A stretch of DNA of 64,000 bases from Podarcis melisellensis. Lineage: Eukaryota. Position numbers and translations under genes: made by a program. The stretch lies in NCBI GenBank assembly GCA_964234715.1, contig OZ174276.1; one strand, written 5' to 3'. Positions within the stretch are counted from its first letter, which is position 1. Each line of letters begins with the position of its first letter. Shown here piece after piece: positions 11,626 through 25,235 of the stretch. The notes under the pieces were generated by a model that saw nothing but the letters and a program-made list of their open reading frames with translations, searched no databases and had not been told where the DNA came from.

Positions 11626-14600
11626 TTAAAAATGAAGGAAATGAAAATAATGGATAGAGATGAATACTTAGTTCTTTAGAAACAATGGCTGCTTGCTAGT
11701 TTCAAAGGTTCTAACAAAAGAAAGAAAGGTCACTACCCCAAATGTTGGAGAGTTGTGACATTTTATAAAATTGACTATCTCCTCTTCTGGAGACATGTTT
11801 ATTCTTAAAACTCAAGACATTTTTCTTGAAATTAATTATCCTCTGTAGAAAAGGCTTCCCTTTGCAAATATCTAACAAAAATACTAAAAACAGTTGAACA
11901 GCTAAGACAATGTCGAGGCCAAGTCTTTTCATTAGTTTCTCTGTGTACTCTCCCTGTTTGTTTTGCATGCCTTCCCCATACAGATAAGCAAAGCTAATGT
12001 AGTATGCATTACTTATAATGACAATCAAGAGAGAAAGCTCAAGAATTGACATGTAAGGATGGAGAATTACATCTCAAAAAGAAAAGAAATGCAGTGGATA
12101 AGTAATGAGGCATTTCCCCTTCATATAAAATTCACTGGCACTATTTGAACATAACCATGTATCACAGGAGTGGGTGGCAGAAGAGAATGAATTTGAGAAA
12201 ATGACTGCTAAGTCATTAACAGTGCAATCCTATACACACATTACCTGGAACTAAGCCCCATTGAACACAATGGGATTGACTTCCAACCAAACATGCATAC
12301 AATTGCCCTGCAACACAACTATACTTTCCTTATTTCTTCTTCTTCAATTTTTCCATTATTTTTGCTAATATTTAGTATTATGTTTCTTTGGTAAAATTGA
12401 TATCTCTACTTTAAAATACAATAGCAGTTTATAAGAAATCATACTTATAACAAGGTCATTGTGCTATGTCATTAAAAAGGGATAGCATTTTGGTAGCGTT
12501 CCAATGAATCTTTCAATTAAAACCTTGCTCATCTGATTGCAACTCCACTAGCTCTACAATGGACCCAAAAAGTCTGTATTTCTTACACAGAGGTGTGCAC
12601 ATGTGCCTACATGCACCCACATCTTTTGCCTCCTGATAGTTTGCATTCAGAGTTTGATCAGACACACTGAAATGCTAAAGGATAATTTGTTTCAAAATAA
12701 AAGTTTTGGTTTACCTCCTGCACTGTTCAAGTGTGATGAACTTAATCTATGCAAAGTGACTTTTCATATCAACTATCATACTCAAGAAGTACAAAGCAAA
12801 GCATGTATTTGCAGTACTAAGGCTGTAGACTGGGAATGCCAACGGCGCTACCCTTCCTTTAGATGTGGGTTTGATACATAAATACGCATTGATTTTCAGT
12901 GGCCCAAACATACGAGGCAATTTGTTTCAGAGTATCCATATTACAATCCCATGTTCTCTTTGTTTCCAGACCACATTAGCAAAGACAGGTTATACAAGCA
13001 TCAGTCTTTTACAAGTGCATTTCTTTCAAAATGCTAATATTGAAAATGACTAATGTTTATAAATTAATCAAAAGTCAGGTATCATCAGAAGGATATCCTC
13101 CCCTCAACAATGAAGTATAGTCAATGTGAGTCTAACAGAAAAGACCAATGGCAGTATTTCATTAGACTGCTGAGCCCACTGATCTGTTATTATAAATTCA
13201 GAGCTTACACTGATAAGCAATACTACAAATATTCCTTGGATAAACAGATGCAAGACCCATTGCTTTAAGCTGGGTAGAAAGGCAGAACATAAATAGGACA
13301 CAAATGACTAACTTGTTCCAAATAATTCACTGGGATGTAAGTCCTGATTAAGGGCCAAACTACTGAATGAATTGCAGTAATACAAATACTGTGCACATTT
13401 TTGTTGCAGCCAATGAGAAGAGTAAATAACGTCTAAACCTGGGAGGGGTTGATGGGAATGGAGAGTTTAACTCCCTCCCTCCCATGGTTCTGACAAAAAT
13501 TAACTTCTCATAAACTGCTGCGCCAACTGCTGCTCATATGACTTTGGCAGGGAGAGAAAAAGTTGAATTCCTCCTTCCCACCCCATAAGGTCTGACGGCT
13601 GCTTAGGTTTCTCCTTGGTTGTTGGTATTTGCATAATAAAAACAATATGTCGATTGCATTCATGCAATCAGTGTCACATCTAGTGTGGCCCAAGCGTCCT
13701 CTGAACTGGGGCTCATGTCAATAGGATTGTTTCAGAACAAAATGAGAGCTGCAAACTCAAAATTGCAGCTTTTCATGTCACAGCAAATTTACACTTTGTA
13801 ACTTGAACTTCACATGAAACATCAAACCCTTCTCCCCAAACGTATCTTGTTATCCCCCTCTTTACCTGCTGACTGCAGCATTAAGAATACACCCTGATTC
13901 CCATGTGAACTAATTAAAACAAAGCAATTGATCATTAAATCGAGTTATACACCTGTGGACAAAATCCTGTAAATATTAAAGAAGAGATGGAATTCACATG
14001 GAATTGGCTTTGCAAACAATCCAACTTCAGCTATACTGGTCTAATTTTGTCTTAAAATCCACACCGAAAAACACACTTGTACAACTTGGTACACATTTTA
14101 AGGAATTGGCTTAAGTGCTGCCAGGCAGTCTTGCCAAAACACATTCATTTCCCTCTGTAGTATCTCCTCCACAAATTCAGACTCAAATGAAAAGCTACCA
14201 ACAAATCCAACTAAACCTGGGGGGCGGGAAACATACACACCACACACCTCTTACTTTTTGAACCAGTCATTTCTTGCCACAAAATTTTGGATGTGAAGTG
14301 ATCAAAATTCGTCTCATGCTCAAAAGTTGTAATTTCCTGAAGCAGTGCCCATTGCCAGCAATGGAAGCACTGCAGTCCCTGATGCCAATACAAGCAGTGT
14401 GCCTCTTGGTCAAAGCAGAAGCAGTACAGATAGTGTAACTTGAAATGGGTTTTTAAAGTGAAGTGCAGCTTCTGGATAGTCTTAAATCTACACAATGCAG
14501 TGGACAACTTAGGCCCCTCTCTGGTGAGCTTCACTTAATGTAGTTTATTTACTGCGGAACCTGGAGTCCTTTTCCAGCAGCTCTAGAGTGCATGGATGGT

Positions 14601-17352
14601 TCTGATATGTGCATGGAGCTCAGTGCGAGAGGGTGCTGCCTCATCCATCTCCATAACAGAGGAGGCTCCTCAATGCAATTACCACCAGGATCTTGTTGTG
14701 GTTTTGGACCCTACTTTCTCTAATGCCACATTAATAATTTCAATTGCAAATTTAAAATGGGCAGCAACATGTGAGAGGCACTTAATTGTGTGTTTACAAA
14801 CAGCAGCTTCATGGATGAATTTCGGAGCAGTTGTTGCATCGCTGGATAGTTTCTCCTGCTTTGCCGGACATTTATTTTCACACCCTTTTAGGAGGCCTTT
14901 ACATTTTAGGAGACAATATTATAAAGAAATAGGCATTTGTTTAAGCATATGATACTTGAATTAGTTTGCTATCAGAGTAGGAGACAAATACACCTGCATC
15001 AACTTGTGTCAATAAAAACCACTTCAAACTCTTCTACTTAAGGGTTAAGGTCATCCAGATTATTTTAAGTTTAGTGGTAAAGTGTTTTGAATGTGTGGCT
15101 GGCACAGACTAGATTTCTCTCTTTTCTATGGATGAAGAAATCTATGAAAGAATAGGACATTCTGTCAACATTATAAGCTGTTTCCTAAATGTTTGTACGT
15201 TTTACTTTGAATAAATATTTAATGCCCTAATTTACTTTCCCATACATTTGGAGAGAAAACACTGGAAATCATCATCCAAAGAAAGAAGTGGTTTTGCCCT
15301 GCAGTATTGAGGCACCAGTATTAGCCTGGCTGTACATTGCAAATAACAAATATTTGCATAGCAACTCTTACATTTGTAGTAGTGACTGTTGCATGCAAAT
15401 AATTACCTAAAGCTACAATCCTATATGCATACCAAGGAGTAAGTCCCATTAGACTCAGTGGGGCTCAGTTTTGGCTATATATATATAGAATTGGTGCCTT
15501 TTGGTTACCAAATATAAGAATTTTCAGTGGCTTTTTAAATAGAGGAGCTAGCCCTAGCACACAGTGAATTCTCACCAAGGTAGCAAACCTATCAAATGTG
15601 TGGTTCACACTATTGTGGTGGGAAAATCCCCTGCAGATGCAGAGCTAGAGGAGACTAAGCTAGAACACTTCTACTTGACACCTAATTTTCTATTGGCATG
15701 GCTTTTTTGCCTGGGGGACTATTCAATTTACCATCTTAATGACAAGTAGACCAGTGTCTCTGTTGGCTTACCCTGGATTCCCTCATACATACACACAGCC
15801 ACTTCTACCCTTGACAGCTAGTGCAGATATAACTGGCAGGAACCTGTTTTTACATGTAGGCACATTCTTCTCACTATTTTGAATTGGAGGCATAGTAAAG
15901 TAAATTCAAAAACAAGAAGGGATCATTTTAAACAAACTGATTCAAGGACAAACCAAGAGCACAAGAGCACAATAAAGTAATTTGGGTAGCTATAACGTAA
16001 GTTATACATTTTAGCCATTAAATCCGGTTTCCCAATTATACTGAATTTTATACTAGCAAGGTCCACTCTGTAATCTTCCTCCTGTGGGCATTCGCTGCTT
16101 ATTTACAATGACCACAGATGGTATGGGCCATGTAACCAAGCACCTCATCAGAATTTAATTCATTTCCCCATTCTTACAGTGTAGATAAAAAGCAGTGCAA
16201 TGGGACCATCCATGCTTAAATGAGCTGCACAGAAAAGTGGTTTGGAAAGCAGAGCAGTTTTAAGTTATTCAAAACAGAGGCTTAAATGTAAAGCTAATGA
16301 GTGGAAATGGGTTTTCTTAAGTTGGAAATAGATTAAGTGGCTGCCTGAAGTAACAGGGACAGTGTAGTATAATGTATAATATATAGGAATGGATCAATGA
16401 ACTAAGGAGATGTATGCTAAATAATTAATTTGGTTCAAAAAAAAAGGAAGAGTGTAATCTTATAGGTAGTTTTTTTTTATTAGATCGTTTCACCAGTAAT
16501 ATGGATCAGTACGTTTTAGCAGTAAAGTATGAAAATTACACACCTGTAAAAACGGCATCTAACAGCTATGAAATTAAGAAATTCCTTTTGCCATCCTGCA
16601 ACATATTGTCAAGATAGAAATCCTGTTCCAGAAGAATGAAGGAAATATATGTTTAAAATGGTGAATACTAATTGGGAAATTGTGACCTAAATGCTTTTGG
16701 AATAAAATGATCTGGTAGTATATTGTTGATTACTGTGGTGGCAATATGATCAAAATATTTTCCCATACTGAAATGCCACTGTGAAAATCTGGGGAATCAG
16801 TAAAGTTGTAAAACCAAAGACTGAGGTCAAAGCTCAAGATTTGAGTCGCTCAGTGTTTCGGGAATGTAATTTAGTATGTGACATGGAAAGCAATTCCTAG
16901 GCTTCCATGCAGCCGAGAGGAGCAATTCAAACAATGCAGACCAGCTATTCAACCTCTGGATGCTACTGCACTTCAGTGTAGCTAGTGATCACCACACCAC
17001 TTTGTCAAACAAGAAGAAAAAAAACAACACTCATCCATGTTACTGGAATACAGAAGACCTATAATGATTACCAAAGTTATATGAAAATTAATAAACATTG
17101 GAGTATGTTTAGAGTACAGCACTGTTCTTGTAAAACAAAAAGAACCCTTCTGGTCTAGCATTCAAGACTTTAGAGTCAAGGCTCATAGTAATAAACAAAA
17201 CTTCATGGCATTTCAACTAAAAAGTAGCATGTTTGTTGTCATGGAATGTCACATCAGGGTTTGTTTGTTTGCTTGCTTGTTTTTGTATTACAACTTTATA
17301 GGCAGTTAACACTGATCATATAGTGCAAACTAGATAAAATTGCGTTTCACTG

Positions 17353-17507
17353 NNNNNNNNNNNNNNNNNNNNNNNNNNNNNNNNNNNNNNNNNNNNNNNN
17401 NNNNNNNNNNNNNNNNNNNNNNNNNNNNNNNNNNNNNNNNNNNNNNNNNNNNNNNNNNNNNNNNNNNNNNNNNNNNNNNNNNNNNNNNNNNNNNNNNNNN
17501 NNNNNNN
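17353..17507. other. Assembly gap (155 N) in proximal 3'UTR
   Basis: Run of n. Confidence 1.
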
Positions 17508-17550
17508 TCTTCAGAAATTCCACAAATTAAGTGCCTTTTCAATATTCCAA

Positions 17551-17697
17551 TTAGACAAGAGACTCCATGCTTTCTGCAGGATCTGATTCGTCGTTGGCCA
17601 TAACAGCACCATTTTTGTCCAGTGCCATGGGGCCATTTCCGTTTTCCTTAGTGCTGACCAGGCTTAGCATTGCTTTGTAAAGAAATTGGTACTGCTC
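17551..17697 (-). CDS. PTPRG: PTPRG last coding exon ([48 protein letters not shown]), PDZ-binding ESLV
   Basis: ttccag|GAG ... GTC TAA. Stop codon at 17551-17553. Confidence 0.97.
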   Translation of the reverse strand, partial: EQYQFLYKAMLSLVSTKENGNGPMALDKNGAVMANDESDPAESMESLV

Positions 17698-18856
17698 CTG
17701 GAATGGAAAGATCAGAACATTTAAAACAACCTAACATTCAAGGAAGTAAAATGTTCAGCTTGCGTTTTCAGTATTGCTTGCTGTGCCCTAGCCTGACACC
17801 TTTAATCTTGTAGCTCTCCCATACTCTGATAACCCACAATATAAACATTGATACCAACCTTGCATTAGAAAATAATCCCAAAGCCAGGTACAGTACCAAT
17901 GAAACAAAATTAAGTTATGCGGCCAATTTGTTGAATAATTACAAAGTTGAGAGAACATACACAAATAACTATTTACGAAGGGCAGTTAAACAGATTCAAC
18001 CAAAAGACTTGCCTCTTCAATCAATTTTGTTGGTTGTGTGTTATAGCTAGACCCCTGCCCAATTATTGCAATAGATTCACTCTCATCTTTTTTTCAGTCA
18101 CCTCTCACAAACTACATCTTCAATAAAGGTTTGTTTACTCGCCTTCTTTTAATATTACGTGCACCTCCTTTCTGTTCTGATCTAGTCTAAAGAGTTAGGG
18201 CATACAAGTCCTGTGTTTCCTGTGAAGCCTACAGCCACAATGCAGGGATGGAAACATCTCTAATTTAACAGATGTTCATCTGGGACCAAAGCAGAGCACT
18301 GCCACTCATTCATCCTAACCCTTATCTGAGCATGCAAGTCTGAACACTGTGTAGCGTACTTAACTACCATGTATTAGAAACGAAAATTTTTTGAAGTAAA
18401 TAAAGGAGCATGGGGACAGAGGTTGGTGGGGAAGCTGGGAGGGAAAAGTGGGAATAAGGTACTGCATTGTGTTGTTGTAATATTGTGAAAACTGTAATGA
18501 ACTATAGTCTGAAAACTCCAAACCCTGCAGGAATATAACAAGTTAAAAAGTAGCTGAATGGTAGCGCTGACTCCATGGATATTCTCCATCCTGGAACAAA
18601 CTGCCTGTTGGATCTAAGAAGGAAAGGGAATTCCAACCCTAGATAAATAAAGGTCAGGGTGCTTATTGCTGCACTGTGGTTCTTAGTTGTGCAGGATATC
18701 TGGCAGCAAAACTGGTGGAGACTCTATGAATATATGTGGAAGAGGAGTCTTTTAGCCATCTGACTTCACGGGCACAGGGGCATGGGATTTTAATTGGACA
18801 TTTCCCTGTTTAGAAACTACCCTGTAAACAACTTTATCTCCTTTTTAAAGACTTAC

Positions 18857-18992
18857 AATGTCTGTAAATACTCCAGGCCTCATCAGATTGATCATCTTTG
18901 CCACCTGGAAAACGTCAACAGCATTTTCATTCTCCAGCTGCTGGGACAGAGTGGTAAGGGCACATAATGTTCCAGCCGCCACTGCTCCATAC
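18857..18992 (-). CDS. PTPRG: PTPRG coding exon ([45 protein letters not shown])
   Basis: tttgcag|G ... ATT|gtaagt, 136 nt. Confidence 0.97.
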
Positions 18993-20369
18993 CTGCAAAC
19001 CCACAGAACAGTTGCATTCAGATACTCATAGGTGAATCATAAAGCCCCCAGCAATGAAAATCTGATGTCTGTGTATCAGCTTTAGTTTTCTTTGAATTGC
19101 ACCTATAATCTCTGCCAGTTAGGTGTACCTATACTTGGGATTAGTTTGCTGTTGTATTAATGAATAAAATAAGTGATGATGTGGTCGAGTGCACAGAAGG
19201 AAAATTTTCATTTTCAGCTACATTTCCTCAGAATGCAGTTAAAAGTGGAACATATATTATGTATGAAGGCATAAAAATAAAAATCAGTGAATATAACAAA
19301 TAACCCAAAAAGCAATTTACAAAAGAAATGACTCAGCACTGTTAGAAACAGAGGTTTGATATTTTTTGTCTCATGAAATGACCAGATCAATAACTGTCTT
19401 AATTTTGAATATTGCAAGAGCAGCAAAAGTATTCAGAATCTAGGTGAGCTTTAAAACTAGCAATGACTTAATATTGTTTTGGCTAAAGCATCTGTATTTT
19501 ATAATGCACTTTAGCAAGTCAAGATGTGAAAGAAAAGTCATATATCGAGCCCTTAAATTGTTATTTTCAGACCCATCAGTGCATGATGATAATACACCAC
19601 ACGTTCAGCCACCATTTTCTAAGGAGAGGGACAAAGATAACTAATTAAGAAAGTATGTAAAAGACAGTTGATTGTTGTGTTGGGCTGGGTAGCTTCCTGA
19701 CTTAATGTTTCTTCCACACATTTTGTTCTGATTTGGAGAATGAACCCAAGGTACACAGAGAAAGCACTTGATTTTTCAGTAATTTGCTTAGTAGGCCAGG
19801 ATATCATGGTCTCCATAAGAACTATTGACCCATCTCAATATCTAGTCCTACACATTCTGTAGGACACAATCTTGGTGGTTGCTTGGCAGTAAAAAAGTGT
19901 TCTGTGTAAGGGTGCAGGGTTGAAATAACACCACTGGCATGGACAAGTCACTGGCTGAAAAGGTCTTGGGGAGCCCATTATGATCTACCACCATTGGTGA
20001 ATAATCGTTCCTGATGGACTCCTGAGGGTTCTAGGGGATTCTCCTACCAATATGGCTGTTGAACCTGGCTGACCTCTAGAATAGGAAATGCCATTAACAT
20101 TGACACAATCACTGCCGAGCACCCTGTCTCATGGGTAGAACTTAGGCTCATTGGTTTTCTGAAAAACCTAGGGTGATGCAATGACTGGCTGGGTAGCCAG
20201 AGTGACAGTGGAAAATACTCAAGATGTATTTAACCAAACCAATTTTGTGTGTTGTATACTGACTTGCTCTATTTTTTAATGAACGTGTGGTCTATAAAAA
20301 TATGTTGAAATTCATTCCAAGACCTTTTCTATGGTGATGATGGCACCAAATAAATTATACTTCTTAATC

Positions 20370-21290
20370 ACCAGTGCATTGACACGGGTCAGTCAGTGGA
20401 GCTGTTCCAAGTGATGAGGAGATGGTTGCATGCTAGTCCACAAGTTAGCAAGGAGGAACCCTTGGCAGCCTGCTGTGACCACTTTGCAAAACACTTTGCT
20501 GATGAATACACTTGCATGCATTCCAGCTTAAACTCTGCACTGGAAGTGGGAATCTATGGCTTTGTTTGAGGTTACTGCTTGTACGGTTTCGAAGGATAAA
20601 TTTTAGCTTGTTCAGCCTGAGGCCAATGGCTTGCATTTTGGTCCGTGTCCATTGCTGCCGATTAAGAATGCCAGATGGGAGGCTGGCCAAGTGGGTGGCT
20701 GGAACTCTGAATTCTTCCTTGAATGAGAAATTAGTAGTGAGACCTTTATTGAAAAGCTTTCTCCGCAATGGTGGCAACTGAAACCCAAGCTTTCTTGGAC
20801 AAGATCCTTTCTGATCTGGGTTGAAGCCCAGCTTGGGGACAGAAATGGCTTCAATTGCCTTGGTGGATGAATTACTGGCTTCCAATTCTTTTAAAGGCCC
20901 AATCTAAGATCCTGAAATGGCTTGGGACCTGGATATTTAAAGGAAAGTCTATTTCTGCTAGTCAATCTCCATCAACTTCCAAAGCCCTGCTCTGCAAAGT
21001 GAATTTTTTTTGGAAGGGTAGGTCCTTTTCACTGGCAGCACCCTAACTGTGAACTAGATTAGACTGGCCCTTTCTCTGCTGTTCTTTATGTGAGTGATTA
21101 AGGTATTTTCGTTCTGTCAGGCTTTTAATGTGTCTTAAATTTTACCTTATAGTTATAGTTTTGTTTCCCTGTGCTATTTTGGCTTTATATGCTCTTTTTA
21201 ATTGTGTTACTATTGTTATAAACCATGTTGGAGGCTCTTTTTTAGAGCCAATAGGTGGTACAGACTTGTTTTATAAACAAACAAATAAAA
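20370..21290 (+). mobile_element. Degraded L2-like LINE fragments
   Basis: TTTCACTGGCAGCACCCTAACTGTGAAC-type 3' motif and a terminal (AAAT/AAAC) tail. Decayed RT-like sequence upstream. Confidence 0.5.
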
Positions 21291-21403
21291 TACTTGTGCC
21301 CCCCTTTCCACTACTCGGGTGAAAGGCCAAATAAGCTTCCATATTTACTGTAATCTTTCTTATCCAATCTATAAAATGAATGTGATTTGATGGATATACA
21401 TAC

Positions 21404-21546
21404 TCATCGTGAACAATGGTGGGGCCATCTCTTGTTAAGGCCTCTTCCTTGATTACATTGATAAGCTCAAAGGTACTGCTGATTGGGGCATCTGGGTTTG
21501 GCCATTTGGGACACTGAAAATGGCGTACTTCCAAAACATAGTCATC
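21404..21546 (-). CDS. PTPRG: PTPRG coding exon ([48 protein letters not shown]), D2 with Asp in place of catalytic Cys
   Basis: Within ORF 21271..21567. tttcag|GAT ... GA|gtatgt, 143 nt. Confidence 0.98.
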
Positions 21547-21759
21547 CTGAAACGAAAACCAACCCAACAGTTAATCATTTTAATTCCACTTTTATGTTTA
21601 AAAATGCACTTCTAACATTCAGATAGATTCACTGATCACCTCTAGCTAAAAAGAAGTTAATCCAGCCTTGGATTGCTCTGAGGAAGCATGTCTTGTCTCC
21701 TGCCCATACAAGCAGGAACTCTCTTTCTGCAAGTGGCATGTGGTAACTTTCATTTTTAT

Positions 21760-22690
21760 TTAAGAACAAAAGAAGTCCTTGCTGAATTAGATCAGTGGCC
21801 CATCTACCCAGAGTCCTGTCCTCAGAGTGGCTAACCAGATGCCCATGGGAAGCTTACAACAGCTGCCACGCACTGGGCTGACATCTTCATCAAACTGTAC
21901 AATCCAAGGTCTCGGTCCTGGTCACTCGCCACTAGTCAGACCCCATGGGTGTCTATGTGAAAGATGTTTTTTGCACCAACATGCATCACTTTTTACTTGT
22001 TTACACTAAATTGCATTTTCCATTCTACTACCCATTCACTCAGTCTAGAGAGGTCATTTTGGAACTCTTCACAATAGTTTATTGTTTGTTTTAACAACCC
22101 TGAACAATTTAGCACCATCAGCAAACTTGAGCACTTCACCCTTACCTCTCAATCATTTATGAACAAGTTAAAAAGCACAGGTCCCAATATTGATCCTTGC
22201 AGGACTGCATTTTCTATGTCTCTCAATTTGGAGAACTGACCATTTATTCCTGCTCTCTGTTTTCTGCTACTTAACCTACAAGAAGACCTCTTCTCTTAAT
22301 TTATGACAACTAAGCTTATGTGGCCGTCTTTGGTGAGGAACTCTTGTCTAAAGCTTTTTAAAGTGCAAGTCTGCTACATCAACCAGATCACATGTATATA
22401 CTTGTTGACTATCAAATAACTCTAATAGGTTCATGAGTCAGGACTTAACCTGTTAGAAGCCGTACTGACTCTGTTCAGCAATGCTTGTTCTTCTATATGC
22501 TTGCTTTTTTATTATTTGTTAACAGTGCTATGCACCAGTTTTGCCAGGACAGTTGTTAAGCTAATTGGCCTGTAATTTCCAGGACACCCCACTCCTGCAA
22601 TCTCTTTTAAAAAATGGTGGCTACTTTCCAGTTCTCAGGATATAGAGGTTGATCAGAGGTGGAGGAAAAGTTACATATGTGTGTTAGCAG
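21760..22690 (-). mobile_element. CR1 LINE fragments (ORF2 RT region and 3' end)
   Basis: CATCAGCAAACTTG (reads KFAD on minus), GTCCCAATATTGATCCTTG (QGSILG) and a CR1-like 3' end. Confidence 0.7.
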
Positions 22691-23518
22691 TTCATGAGGC
22701 AGCATGGGTGGGGCATTTTTGCTCTCCTGGCTTCCCAACAGACTGGGTTGTTGGCATGGAGAGGGGAGAAGTGATTTCTGGGGAAGCTGGCCCATTATGA
22801 GTCACAGTGTGCAGGCAATCTGCTGCCATGCACTGCGCTGGGCCAAACTCCCTGCACTCTTACCCTCTTCCTCTCAGTAAATGCCAGCAACCTGCTGTGT
22901 TGGAAAGCTTGGAGAGCAACAGTGCCCCACTTGTGGGGCCTTGGCTGCTCCTGCACTGATCATTTCTCATCTGTCTCCATGGTGCTTGCTATGGACTTGC
23001 AGTGCATATGCTCACAAAAGAGTATAAGAATAGAGAAAAGGCATGATTGGGTCAACTAGCTCTCTGGCATGCCTACTTGCACTTAGAAGTTGCAACTTGC
23101 TACATAAAGAATAAGTGATCTCAGGAGTAACCTACTTGCAGGTGCCATTTGTCCAGAAATTGCACAGAACATTGCAGAGAAGGTAACACCGCTTAAAACT
23201 GAGTGGGGAACCTGCAGCCCAGTTTCAAAACTCTACCCACTTTGGTCCCACACACTGCTAGGTGTGGCCACCAACAGATTACACCCAAGGGAATACAGCC
23301 CACAACACAAAAACGACCCCCCACTCTTGCCTTAAGAGGGAATCACTCGCCCCAAACAAAATCTAGATATTGATACCTAATAACCAACTCCATTTGTGAG
23401 ACCAATAACCAACTCCACTTGTGAGGCCTGCAAAAGCTGCTTTCAATAGCAGTGATGCATCCAGAGAAATAGCTAGTGAACATGCACCCTTAGTACATTC
23501 TTCTTAAAAATGAAAATA

Positions 23519-24797
23519 CAGTGGTGCCTCGCAAGACGAAATTAATTCGTTCCGCAAGTCTTTTCGTCTTGCGAGGTTTTCGTCTTGCGAAGCACGGTTT
23601 CCCATAGGAATGCATTAAAAATCAATTAATGTGTTCCTATGGAAACCGAACCGCCTTCAGACCAGATCTGGGGACAGTCTGTCCCCCGACCTCTTCTGAA
23701 GGCTGGCGGGGGCGAAAGTCTTTGCTTCCCCCCCGCCTGCCTTCCCGGGACAGCGGAGACTTTTCCGCTGTCCGGGGCGATCTTAAAATGCTGGCAGGCG
23801 GCAGCGAAGCCTTCGCTGCTGCCCGCCAGCATTTTAAAAGCCCCCGGGACAGCGGAAAAGTCTTCCGCTGTCCGTGGGCGATCTTAAAATGCTGGCGGGC
23901 GGCAGCGCTGCCGCCCGCCAGCATTTTAAAATCGCCCCGGAACAGCGGAGGAATTCTCAGCTGTCCCGGGGCGATTTAAAAGCCCCTGGGAAGGCAGGCA
24001 GGGGGACAAAGACTTTTGCCCCCCGCCCGCCTTGGGAAGAGGTCTTCCGAAGGCGGGCGGGGGACAAAAGTCTTTGCTCCCCCCTGCCTGCCTTTCTGGG
24101 AGAGCGGGAAGGCAGCGCTGCCTTTTCCGCTCTCCCGGAAAGGCAGGCAGGGGGGAGCAAAGACTTTTGTCCCCCGCCCGCCTTCGGAAGACGTCCAGGA
24201 CCTCTTCCCAAGGCGGGCGGGGGGCAAAAGTCTTTGCTCCCCCCGCCTGCCTTCAAAAGCCGTCCGGGGGCTTTTAAATCGCCCCCGGTTAGGCAGGCAG
24301 GGGGGGCAAAGACTTTTGCCCCCCGCCCGCCTTCGGAAGAGAGCGGGAGAGTGGGAAGGCAGCGCCGGAAAGGCAGGCAGGGGGGAGCAAAGACTTTTGC
24401 CCCCCGCCCGCCTTCGGAAGAGGTCCAGGACCTCTTCCCAAGGCGGGCGGGGGGCAAAAGTCTTTGCTCCCCCCGCCTGCCTTCAAAAGCCGTCCGGGAT
24501 AGCGGGAAGCGCTTCCCTGCTATCCCGGACCGCTTTTAAAATGCTGGCGGTGGGGAGCAAAGGCTTTCACCCCCGCCGGCCTTCCTGGACCTCTTCTGAA
24601 GTCCGGAGGGGGGGGGAAGGCTTTGCTCCCCACCGCCAGCATTTAAAAAAAGGTCCCCGAGATTTCCCTATGGGCTTTCGTCTTGCGATGCAAGCCCATA
24701 GGGAAAATTGTCTAGCGAAGCGTCGCAAAAACCGAAAAACCCTTTCGTCTTGCGGGTTTTTCGTCTTGCGAGGCATTCGTCTTGCGGGGCACCACTG
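23519..24797. mobile_element. Non-autonomous Tigger/pogo-like DNA transposon with GC-rich palindromic interior
   Basis: 22-bp TIR CAGTGGTGCC(T/C)CGCAAGACGAA, TA TSD, and seven exact copies of the 11-mer TTCGTCTTGCG near the ends. Confidence 0.9.
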
Positions 24798-25088
24798 TAA
24801 AACCAAGCCCTTGGTGTGATTCCTGTCTGAGGAACTTCCACCTTTGGATCAGATAAAAGCTGAAATGTTATGACCTTCTGTGGAAATGGTATACTGAAAA
24901 CAAAACTGGTATGTGACAGGAGAAGACCTCTGGGAAGAAATGAGGGAAACTGATAAGTCCACTATGACCAAACAAAGACATTAAACCAATCCCACTGAAA
25001 CGAATGCATATCAATTGTTAACTGACAGCAGCAGTACTTTGAATGCCAAGCAGACTCCAGATTCACCTCTGGAGGATGTTTTATATAC

Positions 25089-25235
25089 CTGGGTAGCCTC
25101 AAGGATAAAGTCATGGATGATGATCTGCTCCTCATTAGAGAGGCACAGTCTGTCTTTGCTGATAAGGGTCACAGTAAATGCCTCACAGTTCATGGATTCT
25201 TCTCGACTTGGCCAGTACACAAATTCATCCTCTGC
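25089..25235 (-). CDS. PTPRG: PTPRG coding exon ([49 protein letters not shown])
   Basis: Overlaps ORF 25011..25220. tttag|GCA ... CAG|gtatat, 147 nt. Confidence 0.98.

Larger units (their letters stand above)
11085..17550 (-). other. PTPRG: Probable PTPRG 3'UTR (distal end uncertain)
   Basis: Follows the stop codon. AT-rich and poor in large TEs. Candidate AATAAA at 11108-11113 (minus) is followed by GU-rich sequence. Confidence 0.45.

Noticed and set aside
18857-21546. Loss of the catalytic Cys in D2 (HDEYGAVAA) as a novelty
   Set aside because: Normal, established feature of the PTPRG/PTPRZ1 D2 domain.
23700-24650. CRISPR-like or promoter CpG-island interpretation
   Set aside because: Repeats are inverted modules without unique spacers and lie inside TIRs in a vertebrate intron.
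23626-24819. Overlapping long ORFs (up to 267 aa) on both strands
   Set aside because: By-product of a GC-rich palindromic repeat with few stop codons. No transposase (DDE/HTH) motifs.
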